This document shows positions 20,430-32,057 of a stretch of DNA of 64,000 nucleotides, one piece after another (the stretch's first letter is position 1; the number at the start of each line of letters is the position of its first letter). Below the pieces are notes generated by a model. The model had not been told where the DNA came from, did no database searches, and worked only from the letters and a program-made list of their open reading frames with translations. The stretch is from a virus (Duplodnaviria; Caudoviricetes). The translations under genes and the position numbers were made by a program. Location of the stretch: the IMG/VR virus record IMGVR_UViG_3300029305_003178, positions 64,001 to 128,000 of that record. One strand, given 5' to 3'.

Positions 20430-21380
20430 ATGAAAAACAGAGAAAAGAAAATTAAGGATACAACAGTTCTTACAATCAGAAAACTGATTAAAGAACGGAG
20501 ATTGAAAACTCTTGATGCTGTTAAAAAGTGTCAGGAGTATAAAGAGTTCATGCTTAGTTCTAAAGTGAATAAGTATGAACGTGAAAAAGAAGATACCATT
20601 ATTGATGGTATTCTGAATGGTTATTCCGATGATGAAATTATTCTTATGTGCAAACCTGATATTGGGACAGTACCTGCAGCACTTATGGAAGATATCAAAA
20701 ATTTAAGCAGCAAAACTAACGAGGGGGAAAACGAAATGACTAAAGTAGTAGAAAAAAATAATGATGAATTGGCATGGTTCGAGCCTGTGAAAGATGATGA
20801 GACTGATAAAAAAGTTGAAAAAGAAACTATGCCTGATGATACAAATACTAAAGACGTGAAAGAAGAAAATGTATCTGAAGTATCTAATAACTATAAACCT
20901 ACCTATAATAATGCTATGATGGATATGTTTAATAAACTTGATAAATTTACTGAAAAATTCGATTTAAACAAAGATGATGTAAATATCGATGTGGTAAAGG
21001 AATTCCTTAAAGGTATCTGTGATGTAATGGGTGTGGATACAACTAAAGATAATACTGAAATTCCGGATGAACTTAAAGATATTATCACATCCGTGACAAA
21101 TATCATTGTCAGATTATATGATATCAATAAAGAATTAGATACTGATATCGAAAGATCTGATATTATGTGTGAGGAACTTGATATCACAGATAAGGCAGCA
21201 ACAAAAGAAGTAACAGAAATTAAATCTGAAGTGGTTAAAACAGACGTAGTCGTTGAAGATAAGAAAGTTGCTGAGGAAAAACCTAAAAAATTATTTGGTT
21301 CTACATATCTTGCAGAATTGGATGCTAAGATCGATGCTGAAATCGAATTCCTTACAAGCATCGCTAAAAAAGCTGTGTAA
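20430..21380 (+). CDS. Hypothetical acidic protein (possible internal start near 20736)
   Basis: GGAGG RBS; internal GAGGGGG...ATG. Confidence 0.7.
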   Translation: MKNREKKIKDTTVLTIRKLIKERRLKTLDAVKKCQEYKEFMLSSKVNKYEREKEDTIIDGILNGYSDDEIILMCKPDIGTVPAALMEDIKNLSSKTNEGENEMTKVVEKNNDELAWFEPVKDDETDKKVEKETMPDDTNTKDVKEENVSEVSNNYKPTYNNAMMDMFNKLDKFTEKFDLNKDDVNIDVVKEFLKGICDVMGVDTTKDNTEIPDELKDIITSVTNIIVRLYDINKELDTDIERSDIMCEELDITDKAATKEVTEIKSEVVKTDVVVEDKKVAEEKPKKLFGSTYLAELDAKIDAEIEFLTSIAKKAV

Positions 21381-21479
21381 TAATTAAAATGTGGGGTACT
21401 TTTAAGTACCCCTTTATTTTTTTTTCATTTATATATTATATATGTGAAAACAAAATGGATAAGAAAGGAAGTTGATATT

Positions 21480-23558
21480 ATGGATAAACAAAATTTACTC
21501 AATATATTAACTAAAGCTTATGAAGAGAGTATAGGTAATAAAGATTATGAGAAATATATCGAATCCTTAAACGCATTAAAGTTGATTAATTTAGTTAAAT
21601 ATTATAATAGTCAGAGCAATATAACTGATGAGAATGATATTAATATCATTAAATTCATTATTAAAATTATGCAAAATATTTATAATAACTCTTCAGTATT
21701 ACCTCCTATATCTGATGAAGAATATGATAAACTTGTAGAGATTGTAGAATCTGCAGATTTATTAACAGATGACATAGTTGGGTCAGATAATGATGGACAT
21801 GTTGTAAATCATAGATATACCGATCTTCGTGGAACATTAAACAAGATTCATTTTATCACAAATGAAGATAAAGGAAATGATAATAGAAAAAGCTTAGAGG
21901 GCTGGTTAAAATCTATAGAAAATAAGATTGGTCGTCAATTATATAATTACGAATATGAAGCTTATATATTCCCTAAGTTTGATGGTATATCAATTGTATT
22001 TGAATGTGATAAGGATGGATTTGTTCTTAGAGCATTAACACGAGGTAATACTAAATTAAATGAAGCGAAAGATGTTACAGGTATTTTTAGAGGTATTAAG
22101 TTTAAAACTATTCCTGAATGGTCAGATGAATTTGCTATAAAATCTGAAGTTATTATGACTGAAGAATCATTTGAGAAATATTGTAAAAAATATGGTTCAT
22201 TTAAGAGCAGAAGATCCGCCGTAAGCTCCATAGTTCAGCCTTTGGAAACAGATCAAGAATTATTGCAGTATATCACAATAGTACCATTGAGATCTCAAAA
22301 TTATATAACAAAAGAACAAAAGATTCATCCAGATGCATTCTCCGTATATCCTTATAAAACAGTAAATTTAAATGACATGGGCGGATTATATGAGAAGTTC
22401 ATTACTATTCGTGAAGCAATGGATAATCTTTATGGTGTTCCAACAGATGGTATAGTAATATATTTAAAAGATGAAAATCTTCATAAATTATTAGGTAGAG
22501 AAGAATCTATTAATAAATATGAAGTAGCGTATAAGTTCCCTGCAGATGAAGCAAAAACCATTCTATTAAATGTGGATTTCTCTATAGGATTATTAGGTAA
22601 TGTTGCACCAATAGCAAATGTTGAACCAGTTAAAATTCACGGTAACACAATATCTAATATCTCATTAGGTTCTATTGATAGATTAGAATCTCTTAAATTA
22701 AATATCGGAGATGAAGTTATTATTAAATATGAGATCATTCCATATCTTGTAGTTGATGATAGATGTACCATTAAAGGTAATACTCCGGTGGAAATTCCAA
22801 CAAAATGTCCATTCTGTGGTGAGGAATTAATTAAAGATCCTGTATTAAAATGTAATAATAGTTATTGCCCATCTAGGGAGATGGGTAAAATTATAAATTA
22901 TATTAGTAAAATGGATATTCAAAATATTTCTGAAGGTATTGTAACAATCTTATACAAAAATGGAATATTGAAATCTATCGAGGATCTATACAGACTAAAT
23001 GAATTTAAAACAGCATTTGTTAATATTAATGGCTTAGGATCTAAATTATTTAAAAAGATTATTGATGGTATTGAAAAGCGAAATACTGTTTATGATTATA
23101 AATTATTGGGTTCTATAGGTATTCCTGGTGTAAGTGATAAAAAATTTAAAAATATTTTAAATATATATTATATTGATAAGCTTATTGAGATATGTGATAA
23201 TTATGATATAAAATTGCTTACTAAGATTGAAGGTATTCAAGAAAAGACAGCAACTAGAATTATATCAGGTATTATACAAAATCGTGAGCTAATTCAATTT
23301 TTAAGAGAAAGGTTGATAGTTTTACATGAAGAAGATAATTATGATTTAAGAGTAGTATTCACAGGAATACGTGATAAAGAATTTGAAAAGTTCTTAAAGA
23401 AAAATAATATTGATGTATTATCATCATATAATAAAACAGTTAATATTGTTATTTGTGATGATAAAGAAAGTGGTTCTAGTAAAATAACTAAAGCCAAAAA
23501 AGATAATAAGACAATTATGACTATTGATGAGGCGTATGATTATTTCAATTATCATTAA
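21480..23558 (+). CDS. ligA: NAD-dependent DNA ligase
   Basis: ISDEEYD, PKFDG adenylation motif, LTRGN, TDGIV, AYKF, CPFC Zn finger, BRCT (VVFTG). Confidence 0.95.
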   Translation: MDKQNLLNILTKAYEESIGNKDYEKYIESLNALKLINLVKYYNSQSNITDENDINIIKFIIKIMQNIYNNSSVLPPISDEEYDKLVEIVESADLLTDDIVGSDNDGHVVNHRYTDLRGTLNKIHFITNEDKGNDNRKSLEGWLKSIENKIGRQLYNYEYEAYIFPKFDGISIVFECDKDGFVLRALTRGNTKLNEAKDVTGIFRGIKFKTIPEWSDEFAIKSEVIMTEESFEKYCKKYGSFKSRRSAVSSIVQPLETDQELLQYITIVPLRSQNYITKEQKIHPDAFSVYPYKTVNLNDMGGLYEKFITIREAMDNLYGVPTDGIVIYLKDENLHKLLGREESINKYEVAYKFPADEAKTILLNVDFSIGLLGNVAPIANVEPVKIHGNTISNISLGSIDRLESLKLNIGDEVIIKYEIIPYLVVDDRCTIKGNTPVEIPTKCPFCGEELIKDPVLKCNNSYCPSREMGKIINYISKMDIQNISEGIVTILYKNGILKSIEDLYRLNEFKTAFVNINGLGSKLFKKIIDGIEKRNTVYDYKLLGSIGIPGVSDKKFKNILNIYYIDKLIEICDNYDIKLLTKIEGIQEKTATRIISGIIQNRELIQFLRERLIVLHEEDNYDLRVVFTGIRDKEFEKFLKKNNIDVLSSYNKTVNIVICDDKESGSSKITKAKKDNKTIMTIDEAYDYFNYH

Positions 23559-23635
23559 TAGTTTTAATTTACCATATTAAAAAATAATATGGGTAATAAC
23601 AAATATTTAAATTTAAATTATAGGAGGAATTTATT

Positions 23636-24022
23636 ATGAGTAAAGAAAAAGACATGGCAGAAGAAAGAATGACTGAAAAAAGAATGGAACTGATTGAGTC
23701 CACAAACAATGCAGATGAAATCAAAGCTATTGCCATTAGAACTCAGGACATGCTGAAAAACGAATACAATGCATATGTATCCGATTGGGTTGCAGTTGCA
23801 CTGGTATCTGCTACATTCATGAAAGCTGCAGCAGAATATCTGAGTGAAGAAAAATCCCCCGACGAAAATGTTATCCTGAACATGTTTGATCTGTTTGACT
23901 TCGGTGTAACTCATCGTGAAAGCGATGGTGAAAAGGATGGTAATTATACACCTTTCCTGGCACCTCGTCCTGCTCTGAAAACTCTTATGAAAGACGATAA
24001 TGACACAGAAGAAGTTGAATAA
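23636..24022 (+). CDS. Hypothetical protein, possibly a divergent acidic HU/IHF fold
   Basis: VILNMFDLFDFGVTHRE...PFLAPRPALKTLMK loosely resembles the HU C-terminus; late motif at 23598. Confidence 0.5.
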   Translation: MSKEKDMAEERMTEKRMELIESTNNADEIKAIAIRTQDMLKNEYNAYVSDWVAVALVSATFMKAAAEYLSEEKSPDENVILNMFDLFDFGVTHRESDGEKDGNYTPFLAPRPALKTLMKDDNDTEEVE

Positions 24023-24101
24023 GACATTCGGATGAGTTAGGATATAAGCCAGATGATTAAATTTCATCTGGCTTATTTTTTTATTAAGAAGGTGATTAAA
24101 A

Positions 24102-25748
24102 GTGAAAAAGTTTATTAGCCAATATACTAACCCTAATGAACAGCATATGAACTTTGGTCTAATAAATAGGGAATATGATGATGATTTAGTAGAATATATT
24201 ATAGACTGTTGTAAATCATTAGAAGTATTATCAAATATTAAATTTACTGGTTATGAATATATTACTGATGAGATGGAGATCAATACAAGTGAATACATTG
24301 ATGCTCGTAGTAGGGGTAAGGTAAATAAAAAAGATCCAGTAAAATATATGTATCTTACTGATAGTAGATACGGGGAATTAAAATTAAATTTTCATCTTAC
24401 ATGTAATGGTGAAGAATGTGATATAACTAAAAAGATATTAGTTCCTGTACCAGATGAGCAAGGATACTATCATATTAAAGGAACTAAATATTTCATGATG
24501 TTGCAAGTAGTTGATAATTCAACATACACTACAAGGAAATCTTTGGTTTTAAAGTCAATGATGCCGGTATCATTAAAGATGAAACAAGCAACTTATAAGA
24601 CTACCAATGGTGTAGAATATACTGCACCAACATATTTATTCAATATTTTTAGAAAAGATGCAAATATTATGTTATTCTATCTTGCAACATATGGTATAGA
24701 TAAAACATTAAAATTCTTTTCTGTTGATAAAATTATCAAATTTGTATCATCCCCAACAGATGATCCAGATAATATTTGTTTTAGTATCAGTTCTAAAATG
24801 TTTCTTGAAGTAAATAAATACTTCTTTGAAAAATACACTTATACTAAAACAATAACATTTATGTTACTTAATGTTATGACTAATAGATTAACATTTGAAT
24901 CTCTATATGATAAAGATTTCTGGATAGAATCTATTGGTGCATTAGGTACTACTAATAAATTAAATCAGTATGAAAAAGGTTTAAATACATTAACATTCTT
25001 TGATAGAATTATTGATGATACTACAAAGAAAATATTAAAAGTTCATGATTGTCATAAGAAAGATATTTATACAATTCTTAGATGGATGATTGCGAACTTT
25101 AATGAACTTAAGAAAAAAGATAATCTTAGTTTAGATAATAAAAGACTGAGATGTAATGAATATATCGCAAGCTTACTGACTAAGACATTTAGTGAGCGTG
25201 TAAATCGAATTATAAGTCTTGGTAATAAAGCAACATTAAAAAATATTAAAGAAATATTTAGATTCAATGGTGATATCTTGATCCAACAATTGCATAAATC
25301 TGGCTTGTTACGTTATGATGATCGCGTTAATGATCAAGATTTCTGGGGCAAACTTAGAGTAACTTTTAAGGGACCAAATTCTCTTGGTGGTAGTAATGAG
25401 AATAATATAGCAGCTAAGTATAGAGGTATAGATAGTTCCTTTATTGGACGTCTCGATATTAATGTTTGCGGCACATCAGATCCTGGTACTAGTGCACTAT
25501 TAACACCATTCTGTGATACAGATGGATTATATTTTAATGGTGCTATGGAACCAGAAGGATTCAAATATAACTTTGATAAAGATGTAAACGATTGGGATAA
25601 TCCTAATAATATAGGATTAAAATTTATGGATGAAGACGGCTACTATAAATATTGTGATGCCGTAGAAAATAAAGTTTTAGTTGAGAGAGTTTATGATGAA
25701 ACACATAAACCATCCCCATATATAATAGATATTAAATTTATGGATTAA
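24102..25748 (+). CDS. RNA polymerase beta, N-terminal half (likely non-virion RNAP)
   Basis: VPVPDEQGYYHIKG, LDNKRLR, RGIDSSFIGRLDINVCGTSDPG (cf. RpoB RDVHPSHYGRICPIETPEG). Confidence 0.88.
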   Translation: MKKFISQYTNPNEQHMNFGLINREYDDDLVEYIIDCCKSLEVLSNIKFTGYEYITDEMEINTSEYIDARSRGKVNKKDPVKYMYLTDSRYGELKLNFHLTCNGEECDITKKILVPVPDEQGYYHIKGTKYFMMLQVVDNSTYTTRKSLVLKSMMPVSLKMKQATYKTTNGVEYTAPTYLFNIFRKDANIMLFYLATYGIDKTLKFFSVDKIIKFVSSPTDDPDNICFSISSKMFLEVNKYFFEKYTYTKTITFMLLNVMTNRLTFESLYDKDFWIESIGALGTTNKLNQYEKGLNTLTFFDRIIDDTTKKILKVHDCHKKDIYTILRWMIANFNELKKKDNLSLDNKRLRCNEYIASLLTKTFSERVNRIISLGNKATLKNIKEIFRFNGDILIQQLHKSGLLRYDDRVNDQDFWGKLRVTFKGPNSLGGSNENNIAAKYRGIDSSFIGRLDINVCGTSDPGTSALLTPFCDTDGLYFNGAMEPEGFKYNFDKDVNDWDNPNNIGLKFMDEDGYYKYCDAVENKVLVERVYDETHKPSPYIIDIKFMD

Positions 25749-25818
25749 TTTCAATTATATATTATACTAGTATTAATAGGTGATTATATATTACCTATTA
25801 ATACTAATTAATTATTAG

Positions 25819-26547
25819 GTGGTGGTAATTATAAATAAGAAAAAAATACCTGAAAAAATAAGTAGGGTTTTATTTAGTGATAGTAATTGTATTGTTAAAA
25901 TACATGTATGGCTACATGATAACAATAATGAGTTTATGCATAAGGAGTTTAATTTAAATGGTAATATTTATGTATCATTAAATCCACGGACATGTATTAC
26001 TATAGAAAAATACAGTAAGGAGTGGGATAAGAGTAAAAACTTATTATTAAATGAGGTACAATTACAATCTGTTATAAATGGAATGAAAAAAATAATAAAA
26101 AATATATATGAAAAAAATATATTTGCTAATAAACCTAATGGTGAGATCATTATATATAGTGATGAAGCCAATAAGTGTAGTGAAATAGTTAGATTTGTCA
26201 ATAGTACTAATATATTACTATTAAAACCATCAGTACTAGTTGATGAAAATGATGTAACATATGAGGCTGTTACAATGTATATCAATAGAGTTGAGAATGA
26301 TATACAATTATCAATAGGGTCATTTGAATCATTATATAATATACTGAGTAAAATAAATTTATTTATGTATTCACAATTATTGATAAATTATGTGTTCTCA
26401 GTATATAGTGAAGATGATGAGACGAATGTTGTAGTTCATAAAACAAATAAGATAGATTTTAATAAACCTGATAGTACGGTTAGTACAAAATTTGTTAATA
26501 AGAATAATAAAACTAATATATTTGAAGGTTTATCTACTGTAGAATAG
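25819..26547 (+). CDS. Hypothetical protein
   Basis: ORF after TATATATTAT near 25756; start uncertain. Confidence 0.65.
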   Translation: MVVIINKKKIPEKISRVLFSDSNCIVKIHVWLHDNNNEFMHKEFNLNGNIYVSLNPRTCITIEKYSKEWDKSKNLLLNEVQLQSVINGMKKIIKNIYEKNIFANKPNGEIIIYSDEANKCSEIVRFVNSTNILLLKPSVLVDENDVTYEAVTMYINRVENDIQLSIGSFESLYNILSKINLFMYSQLLINYVFSVYSEDDETNVVVHKTNKIDFNKPDSTVSTKFVNKNNKTNIFEGLSTVE

Positions 26548-26558
26548 GGGATGTTAAT

Positions 26559-27209
26559 ATGCTTGATAAGATAAGAGTATTTAATGGATCACCAGTTGTA
26601 ATAATAGATGATGAGTACTACTCTGTAGATATCTATCATACTGGTAAAATCCTTGAAAAAAATGTTGCATATATGATAGGGGATTTTGTATACATTTATT
26701 ATGGTGAAGTCAAAGGCTCATTGGATGGTGCTAAACCAGGAATATATATTAAGAATGGCAGAATGAGATTTATTGATCCTAAGAAAAAAGATTCTGCTAA
26801 GTATAGTATTGATAATGTTACTACATTAGATACTGGAGAGATATTTAGAATCATCGAAGAAAATAAAGATAAATTTATTCAACCAGAAGATATTGAAATT
26901 ATCAATAATAATGCAGAAACATATATTCCAACAATCAAAGAAGATGACGATTTCTTAAAGTTTCTTGTTAAACGAATTATCATTGATAAGAAGATTAATT
27001 TAAGAAATTATAGGGATAAGTTTCCAAATGAGTATGCTTTAAATAATATGAAGAGTGGTCTAAATAGAAGCACTAAAATGACAGTAACAAATTTTAAAGC
27101 ATGGTGTGAAATTTTAGGTATTAAGTGGAGTATAACCATTGAAGATAATGGTGATGATACGATCAATCCTTTACCTGAACCTATAACAATAACAAGTAAT
27201 GATTTTTAA
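26559..27209 (+). CDS. Hypothetical protein (possible C-terminal HTH)
   Basis: GGGGA RBS; NNMKSGL...FKAWCEILG. Confidence 0.7.
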   Translation: MLDKIRVFNGSPVVIIDDEYYSVDIYHTGKILEKNVAYMIGDFVYIYYGEVKGSLDGAKPGIYIKNGRMRFIDPKKKDSAKYSIDNVTTLDTGEIFRIIEENKDKFIQPEDIEIINNNAETYIPTIKEDDDFLKFLVKRIIIDKKINLRNYRDKFPNEYALNNMKSGLNRSTKMTVTNFKAWCEILGIKWSITIEDNGDDTINPLPEPITITSNDF

Positions 27210-27298
27210 TTATTAGAAGAGTATATCGAAAGATATACTCTTCTTTTTTTAGTGTAGTATATTATATATTGAAAAACAGAATGATAGGGGTGATAACT

Positions 27299-29947
27299 AT
27301 GAAAATTTTATATATAAAATTAAAAAATTATGCATCTATCTATACAGGATTGCATAAAAAGGAAATAGAAATAGATTTTACAAAATGTAAAAATAATGTA
27401 ATATTGTTAGTCGGTGCAAATGGATCTGGTAAGACATCTATATTATCTACATTACATCCGTTTGCATATTCTGGTAATATGGATGTTAGATCTAATTCAT
27501 CATTAATACTACCAGAAAAAGATGGTTATAAAGAAATTCATATACAAGATAGACATAACTTGTATATAATTACCCATTTCTATAAATGGACTAAAAAAGA
27601 ATCTCTAACAGTCAAAAGCTTTATTAAAAAGAATAATGAAGAATTAAATCCTAATGGCAATGTAACATCATTTTTAGAAATAGTTAAAAATGAATTAAAT
27701 ATAGAATTAGAGTTTCTTAAATTATTAAGACTTGGGTCTAATGTAACAAATATTATTGAAATGAAAGCTACAGATAGAAAGAAATTTGCATCTGATTTAT
27801 TATCAGATATTAATGTATACACTGAGTTATATAAAAAGGTTAATGATGATAATAGAATCTTAAAAGGATTAATCAAATCCATCAGTGATAAAATTTCTAA
27901 ACTTGGTGTTGTTGACGAATCTGTAATAAAATCTGAAATAGATACAATAAATGAAAGAATTAATTTACTATCTGAGGATAAATCCAGATTGGATAGAGAT
28001 ATAGGCACAGAAATAGGTATTATGAATAGTATCTTACCAAAAGATATTAATACATATGATGAGTTATCCAATAAAGTATATAATCTCAGAATAGAATTAG
28101 ATAATAGAGCAGATGAGTTAAAAAATGTTATGGATTTCAATCAGCCAATACTGCTAGTTGGTGATTATAATGAAATCTTAAATAGTTTTTTAGATGAAAG
28201 CAGAACTATAGAAAATCAGATATCATTAAAACAACATCTATTAGAAATGACTATTGATAGATTAGATAGTGAAATTACAGATAAAGATAAATTGGATACA
28301 CAATTAAAATCTTTTACATCTATAGAAAATTTTAATGATATTAATAGTTTATATTCTGATTTAGTGTTAAAAATAAGTAATTTAGAAGAATATTTTAATG
28401 GTAATTACCCAACTGTATCTAAAGATACATTATTAATAGCATTAAATATTCTAAATGAAATATCTGAAATATCCGATAATATACATAGTTTCAATACTAA
28501 TGCGATTAAAAAAGTATTTGATCTCATTGATTCTGGTGACGATATCGGAGATTATATTAATAAAGAATCGGCTAGAATTAATACAGAAATATTCAATAAA
28601 ATGTCTGTAGATACTAAAGAATCTAAAGATGCTATGCCAATGATTATGTATATTCCTAGTGATTGTAATAATAAGAAAACATGTCCTCTTGCAGATTATT
28701 ATAATAATCTTATTTTATATCGTAATAAAGATAACAAGAGCTTACAATCGTTAGAGTATGAAAAATCTATTATAGACGATATAGGATATATTAACTCTAA
28801 TATAAATCTCATCATTCATATACTTAAATCAAATGATAATATAATTAATTCTATTAGATTAAAATATCTAAAATTTGAAAATATCATGGATTGCATAAGA
28901 TATAATAAACCTATATATGATGAGACATTATGTATGAGATTGATGAGTGATATAGAAGATTATAATTTATTATTAGATTATAAGAATAAATTAAAAGATG
29001 TAGAAATTACAATAAGTAATATACAGTCTAATGAAGCTTTTATACATTCATTATCAGAATCAATCTCTGATAAGAAAAAATCTATAGAAGAATTAAAGGA
29101 ATCTGTTTCTAAATATAAAGATGAAATATCTATTCTTAATTCTAATAAAAAATATACTGATATGCGTATAGAATCTATTAGAAAAGTGATATCATCGGTT
29201 GAAAGAATTAATACATTACGTGATGAAATTAATAGTATGCATGATAATTACAATAAACTATACGATATATTAAATACAGCAAAAGAATCTGAAAATAAAA
29301 TAAAAATGTATCAGAATCGTGTAGATACAGTGAATAGAGAAATAGACCTTTATAGACGAGATATATTTGATAAGCAGATTAAATTAGATACGTTCATTAA
29401 ACTAAATGAAGAATTAGAAATTCTATTAGAAAATTATGATGAAGTATCTATAATACGTGATGCACTATCTTCTACTAAAGGAATTCCTTTGCTATACATT
29501 CAGTTATATCTTAAAAATACTAAGATATTTGTAAATGATCTGTTGGCATCGGTATATGGTGAAGATTTTGAAATAGATGATTTTATTATAAATACAGATG
29601 AGTTTTCTATACCATATATTAAAAATGGTGTTTATGTAGATGATGTTGTTTATGCATCTCAGGGTGAACGTAGTTTCTTATCATTAGCATTATCGTTTGC
29701 ATTAATCAATCAGTCTATTAAAGATTACAATATCTTATTATTAGATGAGATAGATTCTACATTAGATACTAAAAATAGAGCAATGTTTTTAAATATCTTA
29801 GAAAATCAGATTGATACTATTAATGCTGAACAGGTATTTCTTATTACTCATAATAACATGTTTGATATGTATCCCGTAGACATTATTATGACATCTGATA
29901 TTAAATTAGATAACTATAAGAATGCTAATATAATATATAAGAATTAA
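27299..29947 (+). CDS. SbcC/Rad50-like SMC ATPase
   Basis: GANGSGKTS, long coiled coil with a central Cys pair, ASQGE signature, LLLDEIDSTLD, ITH. Confidence 0.92.
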   Translation: MKILYIKLKNYASIYTGLHKKEIEIDFTKCKNNVILLVGANGSGKTSILSTLHPFAYSGNMDVRSNSSLILPEKDGYKEIHIQDRHNLYIITHFYKWTKKESLTVKSFIKKNNEELNPNGNVTSFLEIVKNELNIELEFLKLLRLGSNVTNIIEMKATDRKKFASDLLSDINVYTELYKKVNDDNRILKGLIKSISDKISKLGVVDESVIKSEIDTINERINLLSEDKSRLDRDIGTEIGIMNSILPKDINTYDELSNKVYNLRIELDNRADELKNVMDFNQPILLVGDYNEILNSFLDESRTIENQISLKQHLLEMTIDRLDSEITDKDKLDTQLKSFTSIENFNDINSLYSDLVLKISNLEEYFNGNYPTVSKDTLLIALNILNEISEISDNIHSFNTNAIKKVFDLIDSGDDIGDYINKESARINTEIFNKMSVDTKESKDAMPMIMYIPSDCNNKKTCPLADYYNNLILYRNKDNKSLQSLEYEKSIIDDIGYINSNINLIIHILKSNDNIINSIRLKYLKFENIMDCIRYNKPIYDETLCMRLMSDIEDYNLLLDYKNKLKDVEITISNIQSNEAFIHSLSESISDKKKSIEELKESVSKYKDEISILNSNKKYTDMRIESIRKVISSVERINTLRDEINSMHDNYNKLYDILNTAKESENKIKMYQNRVDTVNREIDLYRRDIFDKQIKLDTFIKLNEELEILLENYDEVSIIRDALSSTKGIPLLYIQLYLKNTKIFVNDLLASVYGEDFEIDDFIINTDEFSIPYIKNGVYVDDVVYASQGERSFLSLALSFALINQSIKDYNILLLDEIDSTLDTKNRAMFLNILENQIDTINAEQVFLITHNNMFDMYPVDIIMTSDIKLDNYKNANIIYKN

Positions 29948-30101
29948 ATTTATAGGATAGATAGTATTTACTATCTATCCTATTTTCTACGTTCCGTATT
30001 TTTAAGAATTTTGATTATATATTATTAATGTGAATAAAGAAAATAATAAACTTTATTCGATAAATTACCTAATTATTTCAAACATCTAAGGAGGAATCAT
30101 C

Positions 30102-30551
30102 ATGATGAAAGATTATATTGAAATGGAAATGATCCATAGAGCAGAAATCAATGAAATGGAAGAGTCTAGAAGACGTAGACTTGAACGTAAAGCGGCAAGA
30201 ACAAGAAAAAATAAAATTAGCAGAATTAAAAATACTGCATTTGCTCTTGCGGTTATTATTGGTACTACTGGTATCGCTTACCATCTTGCACGGAATTGGG
30301 AATGCTACGATTCTGTAGCAAGAAAACAGTTACAGAACGATATTAATAATGGTGATAAAGAAGCCATTACTTTTTATCGTGATAACTACATCAACAGAGA
30401 CATCTATCTGTTTGATGGTTATCATACAATCGCAATGCTTGCTGCGAGACATGGTCTTGATGTAGAAGCTACACAGGAAGCATTTGATAATTCTGGTTAT
30501 ACACATATCCAGGATTGGTTTGATAATGAGTTAAAAGATCAGCTCAGCTGA
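30102..30551 (+). CDS. Hypothetical membrane-anchored protein
   Basis: Basic stretch then TM segment AFALAVIIGTTGIAY; early motif upstream. Confidence 0.7.
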   Translation: MMKDYIEMEMIHRAEINEMEESRRRRLERKAARTRKNKISRIKNTAFALAVIIGTTGIAYHLARNWECYDSVARKQLQNDINNGDKEAITFYRDNYINRDIYLFDGYHTIAMLAARHGLDVEATQEAFDNSGYTHIQDWFDNELKDQLS

Positions 30552-30578
30552 TCTTTTTTGTGTCTGGGAGGTTATAAT

Positions 30579-30764
30579 ATGTTATATAGCTTTTGTTACC
30601 CTTCCATTAAGACATGTCAACAATGTCCTATGTATAAACCATATAAAGTTGTTAACAATGTATATTATGGTGTATGCAGACATACTATGGTAAAGGGTTT
30701 ACGGAATGATAACCCGGCATGTCTTTATGCTATTAAAAGGTATTATGAAAGAATCGCACAATAA
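30579..30764 (+). CDS. Small Cys-rich protein
   Basis: GGGAGG RBS; CQQCPMY...C...C. Confidence 0.6.
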   Translation: MLYSFCYPSIKTCQQCPMYKPYKVVNNVYYGVCRHTMVKGLRNDNPACLYAIKRYYERIAQ

Positions 30765-30765
30765 G

Positions 30766-30808
30766 AGAAAGTAGGAGACAGAAATCTCCTACTTTCTTTT
30801 TTTTTTTA
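30766..30808. terminator. Intrinsic terminator between convergent genes
   Basis: AGAAAGTAGGAGA/TCTCCTACTTTCT hairpin plus T-run. Confidence 0.75.
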
Positions 30809-31933
30809 TTAATCTTCATCATCTTCATCGTCGTCATCTTCTTCGTAATATTCATAGACATTATACATTCTACCATATTCATCGGTAGCATAATTACCAT
30901 CAGTACTGAATTTCATTTTACCGAGTTCTCTTCTTGATGGTAATGGATAATCATCTATTTCTTCATTATATTTATCAATAGCGGCTAATCTCCACTCTCC
31001 AGTGTCGATATTTTTCTTAATTACTATATTAACATTTCTATTCTCATACTCAATATATTTAGAACCAGCATTACTTCTCATTGGATTTCCATCCTCATTA
31101 AGTCGTGCTTCTAAAATATCAGTATAATCCTTTTCGGTGTCATTGACGATGAAACCATTTCGTTTAGAGTTTTCAATTTCTTCCACAATACTATCAAACT
31201 CATCTTCTTCATCGCCACCAATATGACGGATAAAATCATTACGACCATGAGATAAGATATTTTTGAAATACGCTGATGCAAGATACTCTGGACTTTTAGT
31301 TTCTCCACCAGATTTTTCTTTATTTTTAGCATCTGCTTTAATCTGCAGGTCTGCAATAGTTTTCTTAACAGAAGAAATTTCTTTAAGTATATTTAATTGA
31401 TTTTGTTTTGATGTAAGCACTAATTCTGCTAAATCATTAGAGTATTTGGAAACGCCTCTTACCCTAGAACCTCTTAAACTTTTTAAATCTTGTTCTAATG
31501 CATTTCCAAATTTTGTTGTATCATCTAATAAATTATATAACAGTGTGATTTCTTCGGCAAATTCTTTCTTAAAATCACTGCTATTCTTTTTCAACTTATC
31601 ATAATTCTTTTTTTGTTCTTTAATGATATTCTTAGGTGATCCAGAATTTTTAACACCATCAATAAATTCTTCTACATTAATCAAACCATTGCCATCATCA
31701 TATGGTTCATCATCATCGTCTAATATAAATAAAGAATCTAATTTAGATTTTTTCTTTTCTTTCTTAGACTTTTTATCTTTTGGTTTTTTATTAACCTTAT
31801 GTGTATATAATGGGGTATCATCGTGATTAGATACTGAATTTACTGGTGGTAATGTCTTTATCTGATCTATTAAAGATAAGCTATTATCTTCTTCTTTATC
31901 ATCATATCTATATTCTACTTTAATTTCGTACAA
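30809..31933 (-). CDS. Hypothetical coiled-coil protein with an acidic tail (late)
   Basis: GGAGGTG RBS, TTG start, AACA-N6-TA at 31956-31967 (minus). Confidence 0.75.
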   Translation of the reverse strand: MYEIKVEYRYDDKEEDNSLSLIDQIKTLPPVNSVSNHDDTPLYTHKVNKKPKDKKSKKEKKKSKLDSLFILDDDDEPYDDGNGLINVEEFIDGVKNSGSPKNIIKEQKKNYDKLKKNSSDFKKEFAEEITLLYNLLDDTTKFGNALEQDLKSLRGSRVRGVSKYSNDLAELVLTSKQNQLNILKEISSVKKTIADLQIKADAKNKEKSGGETKSPEYLASAYFKNILSHGRNDFIRHIGGDEEDEFDSIVEEIENSKRNGFIVNDTEKDYTDILEARLNEDGNPMRSNAGSKYIEYENRNVNIVIKKNIDTGEWRLAAIDKYNEEIDDYPLPSRRELGKMKFSTDGNYATDEYGRMYNVYEYYEEDDDDEDDED

Positions 31934-32057
31934 ATCAGCTCACCTCCAAATCGTTTATATAGGTGTTGAATGCTTGAAAAATTATATCCTGTTTTAAATA
32001 TATATTATTAAAAGGTAAAAAACAAATTTATATAACAAAATTAAGGAGGTTGTTATT

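Noticed and set aside
25768-25808. Long hairpins directly after early promoter motifs (also near 4322 and 17676)
   Set aside because: Most simply terminators of upstream genes overlapping the next promoter; no evidence for a separate element.
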